64,000 nucleotides of DNA from NCBI RefSeq assembly GCF_964204645.1, contig NC_134029.1:4774001-4838000 (forward strand), written 5' to 3'. Every line of letters begins with the position of its first letter. Within the stretch, counting starts at the first letter, position 1. The stretch comes from Tubulanus polymorphus (Eukaryota > Animalia > Nemertea). Shown in pieces: positions 1 to 12,456 of the stretch. The notes beneath the pieces were generated by a model that was given only the letters and a program-made list of their open reading frames with translations, ran no database searches and was not told the DNA's origin. The translations under genes were made by a program, and so were the position numbers.

Positions 1-619
1 AGAACTACCGATCAGAAATAAATTCAATACAACTTATGGGCGTATATGTCATATATGAGAACAGTCAGGTGATATTCCCAGGGGTGGTTTGATTAGGGCT
101 TTAGTTAAGATATTAAAAAAAGTCCAATTCAATATTATCTGTGTCAGGTCAGTGACTAATCAGTATTTTGAATTATCGACCCTCTTATCGAATCTCATGA
201 TACAGTTATTTGTTTTTGTCATACCGATAAAGAGATGGGATCATAAAGAAACGGCCTATTTAGATTAATCAGGTTTTGAATTATTGCCCCTCTTGTGGCA
301 AGTGATCTATCAGTGGTCTAGACGACTCGACTCATGCTCAAGGTTACGAGCACCAGAAAAAGTAACAAAATAATCAGCGAAATGAAAAATGACTGTTCTA
401 TTGAAGATGATTCTACATTTGTTAATACGGCAACGCTATTATTCGTCCGAGGTATTTGAATGTTTATTGATTTGTCTGACGGTAGTTTTTGAATAATTAG
501 TGGCATATCTGTGAACTTAAAGCAGTTAAAACGACCGATGAACTTCTTAATAATCAGTATCTGTCTGTTCCTAATTATTTCAACCTTTGTAAGTTAAACT
601 GATATCGATATACGAGTCG

Positions 620-810
620 ACTGCTGTCAAGCCACTCAGAATGGGTTCGAACCTGAGATGACGGGAATGACCCCCAGAATGGCAGGCGAGGATCCACCAG
701 GTGTGCTTCTAGGTAGGTTGGGTCGTCCGCGTTCGATTTCTTCTACATTTCAATAAATAAATCTAAATGAACATTTCTCTTGAATGGAAGAATTGTATAT
801 TTGAGGGTGA
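620..810 (+). repeat. Diverged SINE-like interspersed repeat, copy 1
   Basis: B-box-like GGGTTCGAACC (~643), core GGCAGGCGAGGATCC, then CCGCGTTCGATTTC..CTAC and AATTGTATATTT shared with the copy at ~42400-42635. Boundaries approximate. Confidence 0.6.
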
Positions 811-1696
811 TGTGATAATATATGGATTGAGAGGAGTCTAAAAATCCAGTTCAAAGTTCATTGAGAATTAACTAATTTTGACAACGGATGACCTACTGCT
901 CGTCACGCCATCAGGCGGGATAGCTGCTTTTAATGGGTACCCCATTATTTGAACAGGGAGGTGGGAGATTTATTAATTCGATCAACACTGACTATCCACA
1001 ATTACGAATGCCGTGTATTTTTGATAACTTTTGAGTCAAAAAGTGTTCAGCACTGTTAACTTTTTTGTGAAAGGTGGGCACAAATCAGGGCCAAAAAGTA
1101 GCACTTGACTTGCTACATTAGATCAGATTCAAACGGGTTTCTATACTCCTCTATTCCGCATCTTTCGAAATTCTAAGTCAATTACCACACGTTTTCATAG
1201 ATATAACTTTATTAATATCTGTTCATAATTTATTAAATTATCCGTAAAATGTACAATTATCATCATGACAACAGTGAATCTACACATATATATCTCAACT
1301 AACACGAGACGAAGAGATGCTCAATAATGACCGTTCAAGACATCGACTGATGGAAATATATCTACAGGAAAGCTGACTGTGAGGGAGCATTCATCAAATA
1401 CAAACACAAACTGTAGCTATATTGAAGAAGCTAAAAGCGAGTGACCAGTGAAAACAGCTTGGTAGCTATTTACATATTAAGTTCAAGGCCAATCATTTGC
1501 ATGTATTTCTTGTAACATTGTTTCTAGTGATGCAAGATGGTCTTGCCATTTATCTTATGTTTCAGTGCGTACAGTACAGTAACGTACAGTAGTTTAGAGA
1601 AAATACGTAGATGAAACACAATAACAACAAAAGGCATCTTTGTAATTCCACAGTTGTGTACATAAATAAAGAGTATCTAAGTAGAAGTCTATCATA

Positions 1697-1840
1697 AAGT
1701 GGAACCTCGTTACAACGATCTTCGGTGGACCAGAAAATACATGTATCCAGTATGATATAATTGAAATATTCCAATTTGGGACAAAATTCTAGGCTCGTAA
1801 AAACCGATAAATCTGAGAACGTTTCAACGAGGTTCCACTG
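1697..1840. mobile_element. pogo/Tigger-like (Tc1/mariner) MITE in the probable TMEM33 3' UTR
   Basis: TIRs AGTGGAACCTCGTT / AACGAGGTTCCACTG, flanked by TA at 1695-1696 and 1841-1842. Confidence 0.7.
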
Positions 1841-3047
1841 TACGTTAAGGTAGGACTGTCTAAATTTCATCATTTTTGCACATGCACTTAAAGAATGCTC
1901 CCTTACAGGTCCATATTGTCAGCACTCGGATTGTTATTTAATCTCTGGTTGGTAATTAGGATTATAAGCCGCGCTTGGCTGGCTCAAAATGACCTGCATT
2001 ATTTCTCAACATAGAAGTTGTTAAATATTGAAATCGATTTTTAAGCCACGAGTAACAACAAAATGTGATCATTAAAACAGTTGGAGAGACGATTTTTAAA
2101 CTTTTGATAAGAATCTATGCTCTTCGAAATGATTCAAACAGATGGAACATTGATAAAACCTGCGGAAACTCGGCAAAATACTCATTAAATGAAACAAATA
2201 TTACAAATGTTTTCCTTTTTTACGAATGGCAGTGACACATTAACATTCATTCCAGTCCATTATAAAGATGTAAAATATCATCAATGCAGATACACAACGC
2301 GTACACAGAACTTCCAACTATTCATTTTTGAAAATCTTGTTTGATTCTATCATTAAATACAGTAGACACCTCCTTACTTGGTAATACCAACTTGGTATTT
2401 TACAATAATATACATCGTTAACGCGGTAAAATATTTATGGTCCAAACTAACCGACAGCGAGGCCGGATTTACGGCAATAATCAAGTACAATGGAACCTTC
2501 AGAACACATGAAACTTGTGTTCGTTAAGTGATAGTTTGTTAGATCCAGTATGAAATCAATAGAATTATCTCAACCCGAGACAAATTCTAAGTTCGCTATA
2601 TCCGATAATTCGTTACACGGTGAACCTCGCCCACCTCGGACAAACCGGGACCGACAAAATTGGTCCAAGTTAAGCGTAAGTCCGTGTTTAGTATCGGAAA
2701 ATACGCAAAGAAATCATAGGAGACAAGTAGTAATTTATCGGTTAACTACCGTGTATTTCATTTGACATCAAACAAAATAGTTAAACCTATAAAGTACTAC
2801 TCATCTTTTTTTCTTTATTCTATACCCAGTTCATACATACTCTATGAATCTTCTCATAAAGAAATCAGAAAATGATTTCATTTCAGTTTAGCTTGGCCAT
2901 GTCTTATAAGTAAGGCAAGGTGTACTGTGTAATGAGATTCCACAGTTAATTTACACATTCGGAAATCGCTTATTCACAATAATACACATACACAAAATGA
3001 AAAAAAGTCTGAATTGTTTGGTACCGATACAGTTTTCAATGATTAGT

Positions 3048-5215
3048 TTACTGCTGCTGTGGTTCGATTTGTGGCGCTAGTTTTGAAATGACATCAATCG
3101 ATTTACGTAAAAGATTTCTGACTATTCCCGGGCAATTCGGATTCATTACTACTTGTTCCGCTTTTATGCGCAGTTCGCCGAATATTTGTCTGAAAAATAA
3201 ATAGCAACATTAAGAGGGAGAGTTGATGAAAATAAAACGTGCATGGATCGTCAGGTCGGCAAATTAGGAGCAGTTCCACAGTCATTCCAAAAGTTTGTTT
3301 TATTCAGATCATGTACTTTTAAATCAGAAATAAGGCCCAAGGGGTCAAATTCGAATTTCTCAAACCAGATTTAGTTGATTGGTCTGAAACTATTCGCGCT
3401 AAGCAGGTTCTATCGTAAGTAGAAGTAGTTTGGTTAAGTACCTGCTATATGGATTACGTCTTGATGAGTATCTCAGTGTAAGGAATCTATAGTAGACGAA
3501 TGGCATAAGTATACTAGTTTTACCCCTGAAATCGAAATATAATAGCACATATCAGCAAAAATACATAAAGAGGATACAGTTTTTTGGCAGTTCTTTTTCA
3601 TAAAAATTCCAACTTCAATGAAATTCCGATCAAATTATGCAAAATACACACCCGATTAACATGAAAACAATGCCGGGCATCAGAAGAATTTCAGTTATAG
3701 CGATAAATCGTAAAACGGCTTGTTGATTCAACTGTAATTTCGCCATTAGGTTTCTAACCGGTGGCAGCGAGTTGGGTCCAATTTGCTGCAATACAAAAAC
3801 GCACAAACAATGAATATTTGATAATCTCTATGAGTAACTTTACTAAACCCACACGATGGAAACTTACGTTCAAAAGTTTTATGGTGAATGAAGCAGAATG
3901 AAGAACAGCGAACAGGAATAGAGGAATTAATACAACTGGTTAATACATCATTAAGGAAATTCAAATAATGAGATACATTTTAGTTCAAATTCAAAACACA
4001 AATCAGTTTATTATAACTATTGGCCCTTATTTCGATACATTTTTCGAGGAAGAAGGAACTTTTTGTTGGTTTGCTTTCATCCAATAAACCAATTTACATT
4101 AAATGTGTGATATTATGGAATGATCCACTGTATTTGAACTGAATCAGAGTTCTTTAAGTCCAAGGAATCCAAAATTCCCTAATATTACGACCCCTGATTG
4201 AATGATAGGATATCCTCAGTGGGGGCTGTTTCTTTTCAAAAGGTTCCTTGCTTTTTTTGTCACCAGCAAGAAGCCTAAAATTAAAATATCTGATTTTCAA
4301 GAATACCCCGAATTGAAAAAACCCTGTTATAACTGCTTACTGGATAAGTTTTATTTTACAAATCAGGGCCAGTTGCTCAAAAGTTGGTTAGAGCTAACCA
4401 GTGGATAGTTGACATAGTGACAATGAGTTCATTGTAACTATGGTATTTATTCGACGGTTATCTAGACTTTTACCAATTTTTGAGCGACTGGCTTCCGAAT
4501 ACCAAATAAAATAGTATTCAATGCTAGCAAACAATTCCAAAATCTCTAGATAAAAGGATACGAGTGACGGGAAAACTGTTGAGAAATATCAACGAAAAGA
4601 ATAAATAATGACAGCTGTCCTCGGCGAGCATTCGAGCTAAAAAATCACGACTCAGTTGGAACTGTGGTAAACGTTGATGCATTCGTAGTGCGCTCGTCGC
4701 CGCATTACTGATCAACGCTTTCTGGTACAGACCTACCGGGTTCGATCTGAAATCAGACATATATACACTGCTTCAATCTGCATAGCCCCTCGGATACAAT
4801 ACAAGACGATAGAACTTTCGAATTCAGAATTTGAAAAATTGCTGATTTGCACCTGGTCTGGTTCTATAAAATATTCAAGATGTTTAAAAGTGAAATTCAT
4901 ACTTACGAGAAAAATGGAAATAAAAATCCGATGGAACAAATAACCGTGAATATTCTCGTCATCCACAGAGCGGCATCGATCTTATTCTGAGAGATATAAC
5001 CCTAGAAAAATAAAATGTTGATATCGCATTTTTTCCTGATCTGTAAGACAACTTAATAGTTTCAATGCTAGCGATGAACCCGATGTTGTAGGTCTAAGGG
5101 TTCCGTAAATTAGACGACTTACGATTATTCCAGGTCCTGATGATGTTTGCGGCTGCGGTCTCGCCGAACCATTGTTTCCTTCGGCAGTATTCTCTTGAGT
5201 TTCAGAGTCGGCCAT
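3048..5215 (-). CDS. TMEM33: Transmembrane protein 33 (TMEM33/Krueppel-homolog 2 family); coding exons 5215-5123, 5001-4907, 4746-4562, 3935-3868, 3785-3652, 3525-3442, 3189-3048
   Basis: All junctions are GT-AG and in phase. Translation includes GYISQNKIDAALWMTRIFTV, YQKALISNAATSALRMHQRLPQFQLSR..EDSCHYL, LRFIAITEILLMP, PFVYYRFLTLRYSSRRNPYSR, matching recalled TMEM33 motifs. Stop TAA at 3050-3048. Confidence 0.96.
3936..4561 (-). other. U12-type (minor spliceosome) GT-AG intron of TMEM33
   Basis: Donor GTATCCTTTT (4561-4552). Branch site TTTCCTTAAT (3959-3950) lies just upstream of the CAG acceptor, with no polypyrimidine tract. Confidence 0.9.
4363..4492. mobile_element. PIF/Harbinger-like MITE inside the U12 intron
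   Basis: Imperfect TIRs GCCAGTTGCTCAAAA / TTTTGAGCGACTGGC; CAG immediately to the left. Confidence 0.55.
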
Positions 5216-5381
5216 ATCGTACTTTTTAATTCGACAGGTACAGAAACAAAACTGCATAAAGGAAAAGAAATCTATTCTGATTTACTGCAAAACCACCAGT
5301 CGGAACACAGAGACACATTATCAACAACCCCAGCCCAGAGACAGAGGGCCAGGAACTGTATTATCCCAGGGCCAGGCCAAG

Positions 5382-6530
5382 CACAGGGGCTCGTTACGAT
5401 AGCTGGGGGTCCAAAATCAAAGATTTGACCCAGTATCCTAGGTACCACCTATAAAAAAAGAAAAGGGAGCTAACATTTTGACATACAAGAATTGATCTTC
5501 TCATTTCAACCCCTCATAACTTCGTAACCGATCGACCGATTTACACGAAATTAGATTCGTTTCATTCCCAAGAGGTGACTTTTTTGTTTGAGACCTTCCC
5601 CGATGAAATCGGACCGGAGACGCCCGAGAAATCAAATCCGAAAAAATGGGTCAAAATATCCAAAGCCGGAATTACTAGGACGGCTTGAAGTGCTCGATTT
5701 CCGCCGAAAAACGATGATTTGACGCGGTTCCCGGATGTTAATCACCACATATCATACATCGCTGGAAAGCTTATGAACTGACCTTATTGAAAAATGCGTT
5801 TATTTGATAATCCGTTCCGAAACCGGCGACAAGCGAGGTGATAATACGCACCGAACCGATAAATACGCACTTTAAGCGTCACTGAACCGCCATTGAGGGT
5901 GTGACGTCACGGGCTCTGAGGACTGATAAATTCGCGATACGTGATTGGTCGACTGAATATGTTAATTATCTAGCGTTGCATGCTGGGATTTCTCATGATG
6001 TCACGCAGTTAATGGCGGCCGGAATACACTTGGAAATCGTATTTATCGCATCAATCTGGATTATCAGCTCGCCAGTCGCGGGTATCGGAACGGATTATCA
6101 AATAAACGCGTCTTTCAATAAGGTCAGTTCATAAGCTTTCCAGCGATGTATGATATGTGAAGATTAATGCCCGGGAACCGCGTCAACTCATCGTTTCTCG
6201 TCGGGAATCGACTGCTCCGAGACGTCCTAGTAATTCCGGCTTTGGCTATTTTGACTCGTTTTTTCGGGTTTGAGTCATGATTTCTCGGGTGTCTCTTATC
6301 CGATTTTGTCGCGAAAGGTCTCAAACGAAAAAGTAACCTCTTAGGAATGAAACGAAACCAATTTCGTGCGAATCGGTCGATGGGTTACGAAATTATGAGC
6401 GATTGAAATGAGAAGGTCAATTCTAATATGTCAAAATGTTAGCTCCCTTTTCTTTTTTTATAGGTGGTACCTAGGATACTGGGTCAAATCTTTGATTTTG
6501 GACCCCCAGCTATCGTAACGAGCCCCTGTG
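5382..6530. mobile_element. Non-autonomous P-element-like foldback DNA transposon
   Basis: Termini CACAGGGG...CCCCTGTG. The outer ~104 bp are a perfect inverted repeat and imperfect arms extend ~500 bp. 8-bp TSD AGGCCAAG at 5374-5381 and 6531-6538. No transposase ORF. Confidence 0.88.
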
Positions 6531-7021
6531 AGGCCAAGCCCATCGCCGGCCCTGCTGTATCAGACTTCCCGACACAGCAATGCTATGGCCAACTCCTTAC
6601 ACATCAGTAACCTAAAAACTGCATAGGTGCAGCAATTGGAAGGCGCAGAATATTAGTGACCGTCAGCAAAATGAAAGTAATGTGATAGGAATAAACACAG
6701 ACTAGCCGTCAACCGGGTTTACGCGTGAAATTCGATCAAATTTGCGCAGATTCGAACATCAAATCACAAAAGTACTAGTTTAATTACTTGAAACAATCTA
6801 TCGGGAAGGTTTGGCTGTAAAAAAACCAGCGTTCAATCGTATTTACAGCCGTAAATTAACAGAGATTAATCTAGAACAACTTACTGCGTCACCCCTGTGC
6901 AGGAATCAATTCAATTCAACTTGTTTGTTGAACACAAAAATGAGTAATACAATTCAAAATAGATTTTATTGTTTCAAATCGTAAAAACAAACTGGCTTTT
7001 TTTACGAAGGACTGAACTGGA

Positions 7022-7300
7022 CAATTCAATTCAATTCAATAACTTTATTGATCCTTAATGTTACATAACATCATCGGTAGCAGAAGTACAATAAAGCAAT
7101 ACACAGTACAAAAATATAGAAAGTGTAATACAAAAAACAAACAAACAAAAAATCGAGCACAAGAAGAGACCGGTAGGGTATACATACAATACAATTGCCT
7201 CATCCTCGCTTGCCAGGGTCCGACGACCTAGCCGAATCAAAGAGCTTCGGCGGGAGAGACGGTCAGGCGAGGATGAGAGGTTAACCGCAGCATCCAAATT
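7022..7300 (-). mobile_element. 3' fragment of a non-LTR retroposon (L2/CR1-like or a derived SINE)
   Basis: The minus strand ends in AATAAA followed by an (ATTGA)n tail, and has a GC-rich stem-loop at 7199-7277. Confidence 0.45.
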
Positions 7301-7720
7301 GTAACAAATAAGAGTTTACGGTATGGAAGATTTACATAGGAAAAAATGATGAATGATGAATAACTATGTTTGATTAAATCAAAATAACTCGTGGGCCCCG
7401 AATCCATTTCTAGTGGGAGTCATATATCCTACATGCTGATACGATATGATCAACACATATAGATATCTTCACGGAGAATCTTACGTAACCGATATGTCGA
7501 TAGAGTTAATATCAGAATCGAAGAGAACTTTTCTGTACAGTCGTGAGGAAAGCATGACTTGTAATCGGTTAGACATGCCAAACGAGGGTTTTTATAACGG
7601 CACTTTCCCATCTCTCGCGTTGTGTGCAGTACACGCCGCGTGTCGCGCGTATTTCGACTAAAATGACGACAAATCCACTCTACTTGGTGTGGAGCCGCCA
7701 GCAATCACTTGATCAAAATC

Positions 7721-8815
7721 ATGGTGGCTGACGCATCGACAAATGATAGCTGGGTCGAGGAATACTGGCCGGCTGTTCTACAGAACCATTATTCCAAAGT
7801 CGATTATCTACCGACGTGGACGGTTTGGTTGAAGCTTATATTCGTACCGATAATCGTAATTACAGGGATTATCTGTAATTCGCTATCGTTTGCTGTTATG
7901 GTATCGCAATCACTCAGGAAACAGACTTTCAGCCGGTATCTGGCGGCGATCGCCATATCCGACACGGGCGTTTTACTAATCCGTACACTAGCCTGGGCAA
8001 ATTTCGTTTCGGAACGTTTTTACGGGTATCTTTTGGTGACGATCGAAGGTAAGGCATCTTGTGTTGCGTCACATTTACTGTGCTTTACTATAGAGACTAT
8101 GTCGGCGTGGCTGACAGCAACAGTGACTATAGAAAGAGTCATTGTCGTGTGTTTTCCGTTTCTAAGTCGGCAAATATGTTCGACGAAACTGTTTTACGTG
8201 ATAACGCCTTGCCTAGTCATGGGCATCGTCCTATTGCATGGGTATTTCCCGTTGACGTTGACTTATTTGCCCGCCAGGCGACTCTGCGTGCACCAGAGAT
8301 CCCTGGCGCACGTGGCCGAACTATGTTACGGACTGATTAACGAGTACATTCCAGCTTGCATCATAATCACGTGCAACGCTACGATTCTGTATAAACTAAA
8401 CCGGAAAACTAACATCCCAGAGTTAGACCACTCAAAATCGGCAAATGGCAATAAAATCACTCAGCGCAAACGACAGATAACGCTGATGTTATGCTTATTG
8501 ACGATGGCGTTTTTAATATTTACACTTCCTCCGTGGATAATGAGCGCCATATTGGATTATGGAGTCCAAATCGACCCGAACATTCAACTTCCGTTACACG
8601 AGTTTTTTGAGATCATGTATCACTTCAATTACGCGTGTAATTTCTTTTTCTACGTTATTTCCGGTGAACAAGTGCGTCCAGTAGTGAAACGGCTCTGCTG
8701 CGGAGGTCAGCCAGAGTCGAGACCGGGCTGTGATAGTTCTTCTCTGGGAGACGCGAGATGGCAGAAGAACACGGCCAGCAACAGAATAAATACGACTAAC
8801 CTTACTAGATACTGA
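7721..8815 (+). CDS. Intronless class A (rhodopsin-like) GPCR, FMRFamide/peptide-receptor-like orphan
   Basis: 364-aa ORF from ATG 7721 with 7 hydrophobic segments. TM1 GIICNSLS, TM2 LAAIAISD, TM3 SAWLT..TIERV, Cys in TM3 and ECL2, TM7 NYACNFFFY, N-terminal NDS sequon. Confidence 0.92.
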   Translation: MVADASTNDSWVEEYWPAVLQNHYSKVDYLPTWTVWLKLIFVPIIVITGIICNSLSFAVMVSQSLRKQTFSRYLAAIAISDTGVLLIRTLAWANFVSERFYGYLLVTIEGKASCVASHLLCFTIETMSAWLTATVTIERVIVVCFPFLSRQICSTKLFYVITPCLVMGIVLLHGYFPLTLTYLPARRLCVHQRSLAHVAELCYGLINEYIPACIIITCNATILYKLNRKTNIPELDHSKSANGNKITQRKRQITLMLCLLTMAFLIFTLPPWIMSAILDYGVQIDPNIQLPLHEFFEIMYHFNYACNFFFYVISGEQVRPVVKRLCCGGQPESRPGCDSSSLGDARWQKNTASNRINTTNLTRY

Positions 8816-11080
8816 ATAGCATTTCAAAGAAACGAAGCAACCCACGTGTACAAGGAAAATGTAAAACAATGAGGTATTACATTTCCCAGATCAAAAGAGG
8901 GATATCATCGAGATATGTTGGATTGGATGGATGTTTTTTTTTCAAGTTGGCGCTTCGTGTAAAAGAGACGTGTACCTGTCACGCAACGTATTGGTCCATA
9001 GGGAAACATACTAATCAGCGACGAGCGTTGTTGCTGGTTTAAGGGCCTCTCAGACTTTACCTGTGTTGATGTTGGCGATATGGCGGTGATATGTTCTTAT
9101 TTAGAACCACGTGCAATTAGAGATCTCATTCAAATATTTTATGGAATATTTAAGAAACCGATGACTGATGATATTAGGACGATATAGAGGAACTTCAAAC
9201 TGATATCGAAATGTGAATCAATTCCGTGTGAGAATATATTATTATGTCTTGGTTGAACTCTTTTTCTTTTATTTATGGTTCTAGGATGGTTTTAATAGCT
9301 AATGTTGATTTCATATGCGGTTTAAAATGTCAGTGTTTGTCTCCTGGGAGTAATTAGTGCGCATCTGAGAAACCATTAGGCTATAACGACGGAGTCGTGA
9401 CTCGTTTGATTCTCAGCCATTTAGCCGTACTGTATTTCGATACCGGGCAATTATCTTCATAATTTATATTTATTTCCAATTCTAAACCTCACTCGCGAAC
9501 ATCGAGCGTGATCTCGACGTAAACATGATAAACACTAACGAAGCGAAAAAAATAGAATCAGTGCACTTGCAAAAGCTGACGACGCGCAGATGTTTATGAA
9601 CGATCCCCACAATTCGTTATATTACGTATATTTATAAATCCAACGGTTTCGGAACCAATCCAAATTTCATTCTTAGAAACAGTAATGACGAAATGATGAT
9701 TTGAAAATCATATTACTTGGCTTTAGTTTTGCATAGTCAGATGACTGCTTAATGTATGAAAGTGTCCGTAAATCTTAGTGTTTTATGTGGCACCTTAGTG
9801 TCCGACATTCCTTCATTAATGTCAGATTGAAAAATATAAGATACCACATATAATGGTATCCTTCATTAACATCTAAACTGTGAATACATCAGTTTATCCG
9901 CCATCGTAGATAGATGTTGCTAATAATCTATTCGTTAGCGATCAGAAATCGCCAACTGTGCGGCGGCTAAAAATCTAACGAAATTTACAAACCAAATAAA
10001 CAACAGGGACTATCCCTATTTTAAGATCAAAAGCCTGAATCGTGAATGATCAATAGGTCGAACATTGTATCAAATATCTTTACAAAAATCAACGAGATTC
10101 AAATAAGTCATCTTTACATCGTTTATTAAGAGATTCTGATGAAACACGCAAGATTCTGGTATTTGGTATCCGACAATATTTGAACGCATACTGCAATAAG
10201 TGTAACGATATTTATTACACGTGCCCCTCGTGTCACAGACGGTATCGCGTTGATAAAACGAGTCCTGTATATCAATAACCGGGAATGTACCTCTCATTTA
10301 TCTGTAGCTCGACTGGTCGTAGTTTTCAAGTTGTGTATACGATCAGGTGATAACTCGGGACAGCTAGGATGACATGTTAAGATATTATTACGACGATAAA
10401 TCACGCGACGGATTTACCAAGCAGTTCAGTTAACCGAATTGCTTCATCGAAGTACGTGTAACTTTTGCGTAGTCAGATGACAGCGCAAAGTATGGAAGCG
10501 TACGAGCTCAGTAAATCTTTGCGTTTTATCTGGCAGTTTGGTGTCCGAAAGACAAACGACACTTGAGCCTCTGTATCTATTCTGACTAAGTACCGGTACC
10601 ATTTTCGTTCGGCTATTCCGGATTTTCTTCCAGGCTTCAGGACCGCTACAACGTGACGAATACTAATGTTCTTATTGCACTTACTACGATTCGATAAATA
10701 ACGCTATCATAACTCAAACGTGTTGTTCGTTATCGCAAATAAATCTTAGCAGTAACGACATCGGAGAGGCCAATCCAACCCTGACAGACGCGAGGCTTGT
10801 GAACAGTTGAAAGTATCACATATACCCATTAATGTCTGTAAGAAAAAGTTCTTTATTACTTAAAGCACAGGGCATTCATCATTATCGATTCTTTAATTTT
10901 GTTGTCGATACATTTATTTGAGTCGGGGAAGGCTTTGTACAATGTACAAATTGTTCTCGTAGTTTATGTTGATTAAATAGTGAACCGTAACTTAATTCAA
11001 TATTAGCTGAAATTATCACGATAAATAAACTTCACAACATGTATGTATAAATACAAAGAGACGAACAGTACTTTATATAG

Positions 11081-11171
11081 GTTAACTAGTTTATTAGACG
11101 CACGAGCTTTCGCTACTAGTTATATCTACATACACGTAGCGAAAGCTCGTGCGTCTAATAAACTAGTTAAC
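11081..11171. repeat. Perfect 36-bp inverted repeat with a 19-nt loop (miniature foldback/MITE)
   Basis: GTTAACTAGTTTATTAGACGCACGAGCTTTCGCTAC (11081-11116) is the exact reverse complement of 11136-11171. Confidence 0.85.
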
Positions 11172-12456
11172 ATTTAAAGTGACGTTCGTCTCGTTATGTT
11201 TATTCTACACCAGGATAACAAGACTCCTGCACGTATCTTCTCAACATGTATGTATATTACCACAAATGTGCATCGCATGCAAAACATGTGAAACGTTGTA
11301 TGTTTGGAGAGTGCACATGTCATTCGAAGTGCTATGTAAATCTCATATTCGCAGTTACGAACACTAATACAAAATCGCTCATGTGCTGGGGAAAGTACCG
11401 GCTAACTCAAAACCAACTGAATAAGAAATGTCTAACCGTTTTCCATAAACGGATGTTCCGGTGCACGGATTTTGGTTTTACTTTTGTTACAGATTGGATC
11501 GATTTTTTTCCGTTGAAGGTTTTGTTTATTCAGTTTTTGTTGTGCGCTTCCCCTGGTAAATTGCAAGGGAGAGATATAGATCGGCACGAACGAAGGCATG
11601 TCATCTGGAAGTGGTATCGTTTATAGACAGGACGCCGAGTGGAGTGTATTCCTCTAGCTCTGGATATCAGGGGAATGCATTGGATGTGTTCAGGTCCATT
11701 TCATTAGCACAAGGGAAACCATTTCGCACGAATCTCATAACATTAAACGTCTTCATCACCAAACCAGTGACCTAACTGATCTCATCTGATATTCTAATAA
11801 TGGTTTATTCCTAATGTCCGATTTTATCGACACCAGATAAAAAAATCCATCCAACAAGAGTGAAATAGTGGCGTTTCCTCTACCACAAAAAAAAAACGTA
11901 CGATATGATGTAATAGTTAAAACAACTGGATGTATGTATATGTATATATAACAATATTTACACAAAATCATTAACCATTTATTTTGATATTACATATTCA
12001 ATAACTATGCATATAAACTTTGAAAATTCAACTTGATTTTTGTAATGGAATATAATCGTTTGCCTACTACCGGGAGTTTTATCAACAACGCTTTACAATT
12101 GCGTAGTATCTTTATCATCGGTATTTGCAAGAACGTGAGTGTCATTGGAATCGAAATGCGAAGTAACATTCGCACAGCGTCATTCTACAAGCAGCAGTTG
12201 CTTACAAGTGTATTTTCTTATCGGCTTTTGATTCTATACTGAAAAGGCTCCGTTTAATCCTTGCACCTTCTAATGCATAGCCATCTTATCAAAACGTAGT
12301 AGGGATGACGAGTGGGAAACTTAGGTTAATTGAAGAATTCTCGAATACACGACCAACCAGCCTGCCGCCTACTAACTGCATCCATTTACTGAGTCCGTTT
12401 TAGAAAATCAAACACGTAGAAGCACCATTATTTCACTATCTGACGTACTAAAGTAC

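Noticed and set aside
318-506. 62-aa ORF with a hydrophobic C-terminus
   Set aside because: Short, AT-rich, and no recognisable homology or supporting exon structure.
5367-6554. Possible 31-bp host element CAGGGCCAG...CCGGCCCTG interrupted by the foldback transposon
   Set aside because: Inverted repeat is very short and there is no matching TSD.
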